From assembly GCA_963674755.2 (NCBI GenBank), contig CAXXVS010000002.1, positions 1,376,001 to 1,440,000 of the forward strand: 64,000 bases of DNA. The letters are read 5' to 3'. The position numbers and the translations under genes were made by a program. Below the pieces are notes generated by a model, which ran no database searches, had not been told where the DNA came from, and saw only the letters and a list, made by a program, of their open reading frames with translations. This document shows positions 1 through 9,049 of this stretch, one piece after another. How positions within the stretch are numbered: position 1 is the first letter of the stretch; the number at the start of each line of letters is the position of its first letter. The DNA comes from Desulfobacterales bacterium. GTDB taxonomy: Bacteria; Desulfobacterota; Desulfobacteria; Desulfobacterales; UBA5852.

Positions 1-222
1 GCCCTCTTCTGCGTCAAGGCCCCTCCAGCCGACCGGCCTGAAATCCGCAGCATTGTGGAGACTTTCCGCGGCCGCATCGTTGACACCGGCAAAACCCATT
101 TCATTATCGAGGTCACGGGCAGCCACGACAAAATCAATGCCTTCGCCCGCCTGCTGGAACCCTTGGGCATCAAAAAACTGGCCCGTTCCGGCATCCTGGC
201 CCTCTACCGCGAAGCCGACTGA
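1..222 (+). CDS. ilvN: Acetolactate synthase small (regulatory) subunit, C-terminal part (5'-truncated by window edge)
   Basis: Frame +1 reads ...IVETFRGRIVDTGKTHFIIEVTGSHDKINAFARLLEPLGIKKLARSGILALYREAD*, typical of the IlvH/IlvN C-terminus; absent from the ORF track because no start codon lies in the window. Confidence 0.85.
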   Translation, partial: ALFCVKAPPADRPEIRSIVETFRGRIVDTGKTHFIIEVTGSHDKINAFARLLEPLGIKKLARSGILALYREAD

Positions 223-409
223 CGCCCACCCCCGGCTCTTGGAGAAACGGCACGGTTTCGACAGTTTCCGTGCGCAACTTCACCCACATCGGACACGGCC
301 GCCCCACTCCGTTTCGTAAAACCTTTGTAAAACAGCCGCCCCGTATTCCCCCCGCCGATGAATTGGCATAAAAGAGCCCCACATTATGTAGCATCAAAGG
401 GAGCCTTGC

Positions 410-1018
410 ATGACCATTCATGATACTCTGATCATTCGGACGCTGATGCGCTGGCTGGCGCTGTTTTTCTTCCTGTGCACGGGATGGAAATCCGAAGGCC
501 ATAAACCGGAGGAAGCGCGTTATGTCGTCATTGCAGCGCCCCACACCTCCAACTGGGATTTTATCTATACCCTCGCCCTATCCTTCATTTACCGGATCAA
601 CCCCCGGATCATGATGAAAGATGCCTGGTTTCGCTGGCCCCTGGGCCCGCTGTTTCGATGGCTGGGAGCCTTGCCCATCGACCGCACCCAATCCCGCAAC
701 GTGGTAGCCCAGTCCGTGGAGGCTTTCCAGGATGCAGACCGCATGGTTCTCGTGGTTCCGCCGGCGGGCACCCGGCGCAAGGTCCAGTACTGGAAGACCG
801 GCTTCTACCACATTGCCTGCGGAGCGGGGGTGCCCATCGCCCTCGGTTTTCTGGATTACAGTCGCAAAGTAGGCGGCTTCGGACCGCTGTTCCATCCCAC
901 CGGCGAGATTGAGCGCGACATGGCGGCCATCGGCGACTTCTACCGGCCCATTAGCGGCAAATACCCTTCCCAGGAAAGCCATATTCTGGTCCGTACCGAG
1001 TTGAAGCCGCCCTGCTGA
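410..1018 (+). CDS. PlsC-family lysophospholipid acyltransferase
   Basis: APHTSNWD (HX4D) motif; block III reads PPAGTR rather than PEGTR. Confidence 0.8.
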   Translation: MTIHDTLIIRTLMRWLALFFFLCTGWKSEGHKPEEARYVVIAAPHTSNWDFIYTLALSFIYRINPRIMMKDAWFRWPLGPLFRWLGALPIDRTQSRNVVAQSVEAFQDADRMVLVVPPAGTRRKVQYWKTGFYHIACGAGVPIALGFLDYSRKVGGFGPLFHPTGEIERDMAAIGDFYRPISGKYPSQESHILVRTELKPPC

Positions 1019-1066
1019 AAGGCCTGCGCCCGACTGACCGTCACGCCCGCAGCCGTTTTTGGTGGA

Positions 1067-1178
1067 AATCGAAATCGGTATCGTGTTTTCGATCTTGCCT
1101 CCCCGACAGTCCGCCTATCTTTGCGGCCCTTGCGCTTTCAGAGGGCCTGAACAGCATTTTCCGATTCCGATTTCGATT
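1067..1178. repeat. Inverted repeat between convergent genes
   Basis: AATCGAAATCGGTATCG (1067-1083) vs CGATTCCGATTTCGATT (1162-1178), 16/17 complementary. Confidence 0.6.
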
Positions 1179-1191
1179 GGATGAGCGGTGG

Positions 1192-1410
1192 TCAGGCCTG
1201 CAGGCCCCGAATCCACTTCAATAACAGGACCACGGCCGGCGCCAGGTGGAAGATGAGATCGAAGATATCCAGGGGCCTTGTCAGGGTTCCGTTCTTCAGC
1301 ATGATCAGTTTCTCCAGAACGTGGGGCATGGGCCGAAACGGCGCCAGCAGCATAAAAACGGTCAGCACCACCAGCGGCAGGTAGGGAATTTGGTCGAGAA
1401 ATTTCAGCAC
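1192..1410 (-). CDS. Small two-TM membrane protein, unknown function
   Basis: GTG start after AAGGAAG; two hydrophobic segments flanking PMPHVLEKLIML. Confidence 0.6.
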   Translation of the reverse strand: MLKFLDQIPYLPLVVLTVFMLLAPFRPMPHVLEKLIMLKNGTLTRPLDIFDLIFHLAPAVVLLLKWIRGLQA

Positions 1411-1423
1411 GGCAGGCTTCCTT

Positions 1424-2173
1424 TCAGGCTGGAATGGTTTCCATGGCGGCAAAGCGAGGCTCGTGGAGGGGGATCAGGATGTCCGCCATGGCCTTGACCT
1501 CCTTCATGATATCGTAGGCGCGGTAAGTGTCGACCGGGGTTCCCGGAGGGATCACGTCCATTTCCATGGCCCGGATCTCCTTGGGCGGGAAGAAATTCTC
1601 CTCGATCACGCAGAACCCGGTGATGACGGCCTGTCCGGCGGCCGTCGCCACGATCACGGTCATACCGCCCTCGGTGTGCACCGGCGTGTGCATGACCCGG
1701 ATGCCGGGCAGCAGTTCACCGTCTTCGTGCACGATGTGCAGCTGGCCGTTGGCCTCGACATCTTCGATGTAGTCTTCCAGATAGCGAAAATCCAGCGGAT
1801 GGGGATCGTGCACGTGGGCGAGTTCTTTTTCATGGACGTAGATGACGGCATTGACGCATTTATAGTCGTTCTCGCAGTGGTCGTTGTGCAGGTGGGTGTG
1901 GATCACCACATCGATGGATTCCGGCGTCAGGCCCCAACGTGCCAGGCCCTCCTCGAAGGTATAGATTTTGCCGCCGATGGCCGCTTCCCGGTCCGCTGAC
2001 TGGATAGGGCTCATCTCGCCGGTGTCCACCAGAATCCGCTGGTCGCCGCCTTCCAGGTACCAGGCGTAGATCGGGATCACATAAGGCTTGCCGTAGTCGT
2101 GCTGGTACGTCATCATGCCTTTGTCAAAGGCCTTGGTACCCAGGACGATGGGATGGATCTTGTATTGGGTCAT
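1424..2173 (-). CDS. Metallo-beta-lactamase fold hydrolase, N-acyl-homoserine-lactonase-like
   Basis: LVDTG, HTHLHNDH, HTPVHT and terminal PLHE motifs; RBS GGAGG before MTQYK. Confidence 0.8.
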   Translation of the reverse strand: MTQYKIHPIVLGTKAFDKGMMTYQHDYGKPYVIPIYAWYLEGGDQRILVDTGEMSPIQSADREAAIGGKIYTFEEGLARWGLTPESIDVVIHTHLHNDHCENDYKCVNAVIYVHEKELAHVHDPHPLDFRYLEDYIEDVEANGQLHIVHEDGELLPGIRVMHTPVHTEGGMTVIVATAAGQAVITGFCVIEENFFPPKEIRAMEMDVIPPGTPVDTYRAYDIMKEVKAMADILIPLHEPRFAAMETIPA

Positions 2174-2527
2174 ATGGCGTCCTCCCCGGGAGTGAGAAAG
2201 GGTTTGCCGTACCATTCGTCCTGCCGGCATATAGGACTGATTGCACCGACACGGCCGACTTGGCGGTATGGTCGTATATCCTTCCTTTTAAAGCAACTGA
2301 AGGGCGGTCGTCAAACCCTGCCTGGGCTGCGCCAACCGCTAAAAGCGCTTTAGCCGTCACCCGACCACGGCTTCAGAAGTCAGTGGATATGAGATTTTTC
2401 TTCAATTTTTCGCATTGGACTGCTAAATTCAACCCGTATCACGGCTGACTTCGTCGGCATGCGGTCGACCATCCACATAGGGATGACAAAAACCAACCCA
2501 GAGCGACAGTTGCGGGAAAGGGCATTG

Positions 2528-4075
2528 ATGGCGGACAACGAAGGATGGCGTATCGTTCTGATCGACGACGAGGAAGGCATTCGACGCGTAACCCGCATTA
2601 CCCTCGAGGATGCCGGCTACACGGTTCATACGGCCGACAATGGGGAGAGCGGACTTGCCCTTTGCGCTGAGGTTCATCCCCAGATCGTCATCACCGATGT
2701 CCGCATGCCGCGCATGGACGGCCTGACCGTCCTTAAAAAAATCAAACAGACCTATCCCGATACCGAGGTTATCGTGGCCACCGCCTTCGGTGAGATGGAC
2801 CTCGCCATCCGCGCCCTGCAGCTGGACGCATCGGATTTCATCACCAAGCCCCTGCACAGCGACGCCCTTTCCATCGCTCTGGAACGGGCCAAGGCGCGCT
2901 GCAACGACCGCAAGCAGCTCAGGGATTACACCACCTTCCTGGAAGAAGGCTGGAATGATACCACCCGGGAGCTCATTGCGGCCTTTACCTTCCAGAACAG
3001 TCTTATTGAGAGCTCCCTGGACGGCATTATCGGCTGCGATGCCGAAGACGTGGTGGTCACCTTCAACCGGAGCGCCGGGGAGATGCTGGGATATGGCAAG
3101 GCGGAGGTGCTGCGTCAGGAACGCCTGAGCCGGTTTCTGCTGCCGGAGGATGAAGCGCGCCTTAAAGCGGCCCTGCAGGAAAAGGATCGCGGTGACGGAG
3201 GCCGGCTCCCTCTTTTCGAAACCAGCCTGTGCGGTAAAAACGGGCAGCGCATCCCGGTTCAAATGGCGGTAGCGCGTATCGTCATCCCTGAGGAAAGCCC
3301 CGGAACCGTGTGCTTCATCCGGGACCTGCGCGAAATCCGACGCCTGGAACGGGAGGTCGAGGATCAGGCCCGCATCCTGCACCAGGATAAAATGATGTCG
3401 CTAGGCCGCCTGGCGGCCAGCGTGGTCCACGAAATCAACAATCCCCTGGCCGGCATTCTGAACTACTGCCGTCTGATGCTCCGGATTCTCAAGCGGGGGG
3501 AGATTTCCGCCGAACAGCTCGAAAAATTCACCCGCTATCTGGATCTGGTGGAGAAGGAGACCAGCCGCTGCTCCCAGATTGTCTCCGGCCTGCTGACCTT
3601 TTCGCGCAAATCGCCGGCCGCCTTCGGCCCGGTGGCAGTGGACGACCTGATGCAGCGTTGCATCCTGCTCTGCCAGCACAAGCTCGAACTGAACAATATC
3701 CAGTTAGAGCTGGATATCGCCGCCGGTCTGCCTGCCATCAGAGGCGATCTCAACCAATTGCAGCAATGCATCATCAACCTTGTTTTCAACGCGGCCGACG
3801 CCATGCCCCAAGGGGGCTCCTTGACGCTTGCCGCGGCCCGCGGCCAGGCCTCATCGGAGGTTTGCCTGAGGGTGACCGACACCGGCGCCGGCATACCGGA
3901 AAAGGACCTGCCCCATATCTTCGAGCCTTTTTATACCACCAAAGACGAGGGCTACGGGGTCGGACTCGGGCTTTCCACCGTCTACGGCATCATTCAAAAT
4001 CACCAGGGCAGCGTGCAGGTGGACAGCCAGTTGGGCAAGGGCACAACCTTTGTCCTGCGCCTGCCGTCAATCTGA
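2528..4075 (+). CDS. Hybrid sensor kinase REC-PAS-HisKA-HATPase
   Basis: N-terminal IDDE/ITDVRMP/TKP receiver; H-box VVHEINNPL; DTGAG, FEPFYTTK, GLGL. Confidence 0.9.
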   Translation: MADNEGWRIVLIDDEEGIRRVTRITLEDAGYTVHTADNGESGLALCAEVHPQIVITDVRMPRMDGLTVLKKIKQTYPDTEVIVATAFGEMDLAIRALQLDASDFITKPLHSDALSIALERAKARCNDRKQLRDYTTFLEEGWNDTTRELIAAFTFQNSLIESSLDGIIGCDAEDVVVTFNRSAGEMLGYGKAEVLRQERLSRFLLPEDEARLKAALQEKDRGDGGRLPLFETSLCGKNGQRIPVQMAVARIVIPEESPGTVCFIRDLREIRRLEREVEDQARILHQDKMMSLGRLAASVVHEINNPLAGILNYCRLMLRILKRGEISAEQLEKFTRYLDLVEKETSRCSQIVSGLLTFSRKSPAAFGPVAVDDLMQRCILLCQHKLELNNIQLELDIAAGLPAIRGDLNQLQQCIINLVFNAADAMPQGGSLTLAAARGQASSEVCLRVTDTGAGIPEKDLPHIFEPFYTTKDEGYGVGLGLSTVYGIIQNHQGSVQVDSQLGKGTTFVLRLPSI

Positions 4076-4114
4076 ATCCCGGACGGGGAAACACATCTTT
4101 CCTTTCGATCCAAG

Positions 4115-4129
4115 TGTTGCAATGCAACA
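4115..4129. promoter_or_regulatory. Palindromic putative upstream activator sequence (UAS) for a sigma-54 enhancer-binding protein
   Basis: TGTTGC-AAT-GCAACA ~185 bp upstream of a -24/-12 promoter, followed by further TGTTGC/GCAAC half-sites. Confidence 0.55.
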
Positions 4130-4301
4130 TTATGTTGCGCAACTCCTGCTACACCGCAACGGGTTGTTTTTATCAGGATTGCCTTTGGCATCAATACATT
4201 GCATGCCATCTTGACCATCTGACCTGATTTTCCTTTGCACCACCCCTTATTCATACCTATCCTATTGTTTTTATTATTTTTATATCTTCATAAAGATATC
4301 T

Positions 4302-4317
4302 TGGCACATTTTATGCC
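4302..4317 (+). promoter_or_regulatory. Sigma-54 (-24/-12) promoter of Hdr locus 1
   Basis: TGGCACATTTTATGCC with exact GG-N10-GC spacing; AT-rich tract upstream. Confidence 0.75.
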
Positions 4318-4491
4318 TAGGTTTCTGCTAAAACATCCGGCGACGCCTATCAGTCCATTTTACAACGTCAGCACATTACCGCCACCACGTTTTATGTCCT
4401 TTGCACTTTCGTCGGAGCGCCTTTCAACATAGCAGGTTGCATGACGCACAGTTCGCTTTCAGCGCGTCCGATCCTATTCAAGGGAGTTGCC

Positions 4492-4995
4492 TTGTCTGCC
4501 AGTCGCACCAAAAAGCGGGTCCTGATCGTCGACGATGACAAGAATCAGGCCCTCTTGTTGCGTTCGCTGATGCAGGCCAATGGATACAAACCCTTGCTGG
4601 CCGGAAGCAAACCCGAAGGCGTCAAGATGGCCGAGCGGGAAAAACCCAGCTGCATCATCCTGAACTGCATGATGTGCGGCGAAGAGGGCTTCTGCCTCTA
4701 TCGGCATTTCAAATCCGAGATCGCCTTCCGGGACGTGCCGGTCATCATGCTGTCATCGGTAAGCCGCGATATTCTTTTCCGCTTCCGTTCCCAGGCCGGC
4801 GCTTTTGGAGGCCGTGAGGCCCCCGAGCCGGAGGCGTTTCTCCAAACCCCCCCGGATATCGGCGAGTTGGTGGACACAGTGGCGCGTTTGACCGGATCCA
4901 GGGCATCCCCTTTGATCGAATCGACGTCCGGCGACGAAGCGCTTGAACCATCTTCTTCCAATCCGTCCAGGGATCCGTCAACGTCTTCACCTTGA
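4492..4995 (+). CDS. Stand-alone atypical (Asp-less) receiver-domain protein
   Basis: RVLIVDDD acidic pocket, but phospho-site reads IILNCMMCG (D to N) and the KP motif reads FLQTPP; TTG start after AGGGAG. Confidence 0.7.
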   Translation: MSASRTKKRVLIVDDDKNQALLLRSLMQANGYKPLLAGSKPEGVKMAEREKPSCIILNCMMCGEEGFCLYRHFKSEIAFRDVPVIMLSSVSRDILFRFRSQAGAFGGREAPEPEAFLQTPPDIGELVDTVARLTGSRASPLIESTSGDEALEPSSSNPSRDPSTSSP

Positions 4996-5090
4996 CACTT
5001 CACACACGGACCCAGGGTGAAACAAAACCATAGCCATGGGAGTAGCGCCAGGAATTACCGCGTTCCCCGCCCCAATCAGGAGAGAGGTCT

Positions 5091-8000
5091 ATGGCACTAA
5101 AAATCGGTTTTTACATCTGCCATTGTGGGATCAACATCGCCTACAAAGTCCGGGTGGAGGAAGTGGCCGACTTTGTACGTCAGCTGCCCAATGTCGTGGT
5201 GTCCCGGGATTACAAGTTCATGTGTTCGGACCCGGGACAGGAAATGATCGAGAAAGATATCGGCGAATACGGTCTCAACCGGGTAGTGGTGGCCTCCTGC
5301 TCCCCGCGTATGCATGAAAAGACCTTCCAGGGGGCTTGCAAACGGGCCGGGATCAACCCTTACCTCTTCCAAATGGCCTCGGTGCGCGAACAGGTCTCAT
5401 GGGTGACCCTGGACGAGGACGAGGCCACCCTGAAGGCCAAAACACTGGCGGCGGCGGCCATTAACCGGGTACGCTACCACCACGAACTGGAAAGCCGCCG
5501 CGTGTCGGTGCATCCTGACATCATGGTGGTGGGCGGCGGCATCGCCGGCATGCAGGCCGCGCTGGACATCGGCGCTTCAGGGCACCAGACCTATCTCGTC
5601 GAAAAAAGTACCACCATCGGCGGTCACATGCTGCAGTTCGACAAGACCTTCCCCACCCTGGACTGCGCCGCCTGCATCGGGACTCCCAAGATGGTGGAGG
5701 TGGCCCAAAATCCCAACATCCACCTCCTCTCCTACAGCGAGGTCAAGGAAGTCTCCGGCTATATCGGCAACTATACCGTCAAGATCGAACGCAAGCCGCG
5801 CTACATCAAGGAGGGTGTCTGCACCGGCTGCGGGGAGTGCACCAAGGCCTGCCCGGTTACCCTGCCCAGCGAATGGGACGAAGGCCTCGGCGATCGCAAG
5901 GCCATCTACCGCGCCTTCCCCCAGGCCGTGCCGATCACCTTTTGCATCGACAAAAAGGACCGGGCGCCCTGCGTGGGGGCCTGCCCGGCCCACGCCAACG
6001 TCCAGGGCTATGTCCAGCTCATCAAGATGGGCAAGTACAAGGAAGCCCTGCAGCTCATCATGGAGAAAATCCCCCTGCCCGGCGTCCTGGGACGGGTTTG
6101 CCCGCACCCCTGTGAAAGTCAGTGCCGGCGCCAGGACGTAGATGCGCCCATCGCCATCCGCGATCTGAAGCGCTTCGCCGCCGACCAGGTGGACATGGAA
6201 ACCCTGGAGCTGCCTCCCATCGAAGAGAAGGAACAGAAGGTGGCGGTCATCGGATCCGGCCCGGCCGGTCTGACCGCGGCCTTCGATCTGCGCAAGGCCG
6301 GCTACCAGGTGACCCTTTTCGAAGCCCAGGACCAGTTGGGCGGCATGCTGCGGGTGGGCATTCCGGACTACCGGCTGCCGCCGGAAGTGCTGGATGGCGA
6401 AATCGGCTATATCCTGCGGCTGGGCGTCGATACCCGCACCGGCGTGCGTTTTGGCGCTGACATCACCTTGGAATCCCTGCAAGCCGACGGCTACGATGCC
6501 GTATTTCTGGGCATCGGGGCCCAGGAATGCATGAAACTGGGCATCCCCGGCGAAGCCGAGTGTGAGCAGGTGGTGGATGCGGTCTGCTTCCTGCGGGATG
6601 CCAATCTGGAACGCAAACCCAGCCCGGGTCGTAATGTGGTGGTGATCGGCGGCGGCAACGTGGCCATCGACGCGGTGCGGGTGGCCAAACGCCTGGGGGC
6701 CGAGAAGGTCACCCTGGTCTATCGCCGCACCGAGGCCGAGATGCCGGCCGAAGAGGAAGAGATCAAGGGCGCCCGAGAAGAAGGCATTGCTTTTCACTTT
6801 CTCACCTCGCCCCTGGAAGTTATCCAGAAAAACGGCGCGGTCGTTGGCATCCGCTGTATCACCAACGAACTGGGTGCGCCCGACGCCAGCGGACGAAGAC
6901 GCCCGGTACCCGTTGAAGGCAGCGAATTTGTCATCGAATGCGATGCCGTCATCCCGGCCATCGGCCAGCGGGTGGATCTCTCCTGGCAGGATCCCACCTG
7001 CACCCTGGACTGCACGCCCCGCAATCTGATCGTAGCCGATCCGGTCACGCAGCAGACCAGCCAGTCCCACGTCTTTGCGGCCGGGGATGCGGTAAGCGGC
7101 CCGGCCACCGTGGTGGAAGCCGTCGGCGCGACCCACCGGGCGGTGGAAAACATGATCCGCCATTTGGAAGGCCGCCCGGAAGGCAAGGCCGAGGCCCGCT
7201 CGGACAAAGCGTCCGCCAAGGCCCTCCCCGGCGCCAAGCCGTCCGCGGAATGCACCTGGAGCGATATTCCAGTGGACTGTGCCCCGCTGGCCCGCGAGCA
7301 CATCACGCATCTTGACTGGGCCGTGCGGGTAGCCGGTTTCGAGGAGGAATCCATTGGTCTTTCCGAAGACCAGGCCCGCCGCGAAGCAGAACGCTGCCTC
7401 AACTGCGGGGTCTGCTCGGAATGCATGGAATGCGTCAAGGTCTGCGAGGCCAAAGCCATCGATCACACCCAGGAGCCCGAAGAAATCGAAGTCAAAGTGG
7501 GCAGCATCATTCTGGCCACAGGTTACGACCTGCTCGATCCGACCCCCATGAAGCAGTATGGCTACGGCCGCCTGACGAATGTCTTTACGAGCCTGGAGTT
7601 CGAACGTCTGAGCAATGCCACCGGTCCCACAGGGGGCAAGATTCTGATGCGTGAGCCCGACGGCAGCTTCGTCCGTCCGCCCGAAAGCGTGGCCCTCGTA
7701 CACTGTGTGGGCAGCCGGGACGTCAACTACCACGAATACTGTTCCCGGGTCTGCTGCATGTATGCCCTCAAATACTCCCACCTGATCAAGGAAAAGGTCG
7801 GCCATCATACCAAGGTCTACGACTTCTACATCGACATGCGTTGCTTCGGGGAAGGCTACGAGGAGTTTTACCGCCGCTGCCAGGAGGAAGGCACTACCTT
7901 CATCCGCGGCAAGGTGGCCGAGATCAGCGATCAGGCCCAGTCGCCGGAGGAAGAGGGCAAGCTGGTGGCGATTGCCGAAGACACCCTGCTGGGCAAGCGT

Positions 8001-8528
8001 CTGCGCCTCCCGGTGGACATGGTTGTTCTGTGCTCGGCCATCCAGGCCCGCAGCGACGCCGTGGACGTGGGTCGCATCTTCGGGGTCAATATCGGCTCGG
8101 ACGGGTTTTTCCTCGAAGAGCACCCCAAACTGGGCCCCCTCAACACGGCTACGGACGGCGTCTTTCTGGCCGGGGTGTGCCAGTCGCCCAAAGACATCCC
8201 GGACACGGTCTCCCAGGCCTCGGGGGCCGCGGCCAAGGCCCTCTCCCTGGCCACGCGGGGCGAGGTGGCCGTACCGTCGGCCATATCCTGGATCGATCCG
8301 GACATCTGTGCCGGCTGCCAGACCTGTATCGGCCTGTGCCCCTATGGCGCCATCGAATTCGACGAGCGTCGGGGCGTCTCGGTGGTCAATGAAGCGGTCT
8401 GCAAGGGCTGCGGGAGCTGCTCGGGGTTCTGCCCGAGCGGCGCCGCGCAGGTGGCCCATTTCAACAAGCAACAGGTTTTTGCGGAATTCGAGGGCCTGAT
8501 GGATGCCCTAAAGGTGGTCGGGCAATAG
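5091..8528 (+). CDS. hdrL: HdrL-type protein: HdrA with inserted GltD/NfnB-like FAD/NAD(P)-binding module
   Basis: CHCG..CS..SCSPR N-terminus; GGGIAG, DKTFPTLDC, CVGSRD..CSRVCC, PKDIPD; inserted GRVCPHPCE, GSGPAG, GGGNVA; C-terminal ferredoxin. Confidence 0.9.
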   Translation: MALKIGFYICHCGINIAYKVRVEEVADFVRQLPNVVVSRDYKFMCSDPGQEMIEKDIGEYGLNRVVVASCSPRMHEKTFQGACKRAGINPYLFQMASVREQVSWVTLDEDEATLKAKTLAAAAINRVRYHHELESRRVSVHPDIMVVGGGIAGMQAALDIGASGHQTYLVEKSTTIGGHMLQFDKTFPTLDCAACIGTPKMVEVAQNPNIHLLSYSEVKEVSGYIGNYTVKIERKPRYIKEGVCTGCGECTKACPVTLPSEWDEGLGDRKAIYRAFPQAVPITFCIDKKDRAPCVGACPAHANVQGYVQLIKMGKYKEALQLIMEKIPLPGVLGRVCPHPCESQCRRQDVDAPIAIRDLKRFAADQVDMETLELPPIEEKEQKVAVIGSGPAGLTAAFDLRKAGYQVTLFEAQDQLGGMLRVGIPDYRLPPEVLDGEIGYILRLGVDTRTGVRFGADITLESLQADGYDAVFLGIGAQECMKLGIPGEAECEQVVDAVCFLRDANLERKPSPGRNVVVIGGGNVAIDAVRVAKRLGAEKVTLVYRRTEAEMPAEEEEIKGAREEGIAFHFLTSPLEVIQKNGAVVGIRCITNELGAPDASGRRRPVPVEGSEFVIECDAVIPAIGQRVDLSWQDPTCTLDCTPRNLIVADPVTQQTSQSHVFAAGDAVSGPATVVEAVGATHRAVENMIRHLEGRPEGKAEARSDKASAKALPGAKPSAECTWSDIPVDCAPLAREHITHLDWAVRVAGFEEESIGLSEDQARREAERCLNCGVCSECMECVKVCEAKAIDHTQEPEEIEVKVGSIILATGYDLLDPTPMKQYGYGRLTNVFTSLEFERLSNATGPTGGKILMREPDGSFVRPPESVALVHCVGSRDVNYHEYCSRVCCMYALKYSHLIKEKVGHHTKVYDFYIDMRCFGEGYEEFYRRCQEEGTTFIRGKVAEISDQAQSPEEEGKLVAIAEDTLLGKRLRLPVDMVVLCSAIQARSDAVDVGRIFGVNIGSDGFFLEEHPKLGPLNTATDGVFLAGVCQSPKDIPDTVSQASGAAAKALSLATRGEVAVPSAISWIDPDICAGCQTCIGLCPYGAIEFDERRGVSVVNEAVCKGCGSCSGFCPSGAAQVAHFNKQQVFAEFEGLMDALKVVGQ

Positions 8529-8564
8529 CCCGGCCCTGTCACGCCTATCGAAGCGGAGGAAAAC

Positions 8565-8987
8565 ATGGAAGATTTCGAACCCGTCGTTGTCGCTTTTGTC
8601 TGCAACTGGTGTACCTACACGGCCGCCGACCTGGCCGGCACGTCGCGCCTGAGCTACCCCAAGAATGTCCGGCTGATCCGGGTCATGTGCACGGGCATGG
8701 TGGACCCCCAGTACGTGATCAAGGCCCTCCTGGAAGGGGCCGACGGCGTCCTGGTGAGCGGCTGCCACCCCGGCGACTGCCATTACATCAACGGCAATTA
8801 CAAGGCCCGCAGGCGCATCAAGCTGCTCAAGGAAATTCTGCCCCAGTTCGGTTTCGAGCCCGAACGCCTGCGGCTGACCTGGATCGGCGCCAGTGACGGC
8901 ATCGAGTTCGCCGAAGTCATGCGGGAGCTCGTCGAGGAACTCAAGGCCCTGGGACCGAGCCAGGCCAAACTGTCAAAGGCGGTTTAA
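8565..8987 (+). CDS. mvhD: MvhD [2Fe-2S] subunit (all-Cys form)
   Basis: CNWCTYTAADLAG, RVMCTG, GADGV..GCHPGDCHY. Confidence 0.92.
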   Translation: MEDFEPVVVAFVCNWCTYTAADLAGTSRLSYPKNVRLIRVMCTGMVDPQYVIKALLEGADGVLVSGCHPGDCHYINGNYKARRRIKLLKEILPQFGFEPERLRLTWIGASDGIEFAEVMRELVEELKALGPSQAKLSKAV

Positions 8988-9049
8988 CCGGACGGGCTGG
9001 AACGGCGGTCTCACCCGACCGCGCTTACAATTGCGAGCATGGAGGAGCC

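Noticed and set aside
5577..8471. Very long antisense ORFs (964 aa here; also 11643-13541, 16996-18372, 42896-44023, 52219-53583)
   Set aside because: Shadow frames opposite strongly supported genes in high-GC DNA, with no recognisable motifs
5091..8987. Selenocysteine in HdrL/HdrA or MvhD
   Set aside because: These ORFs are uninterrupted and carry Cys at the positions where Sec occurs in some relatives
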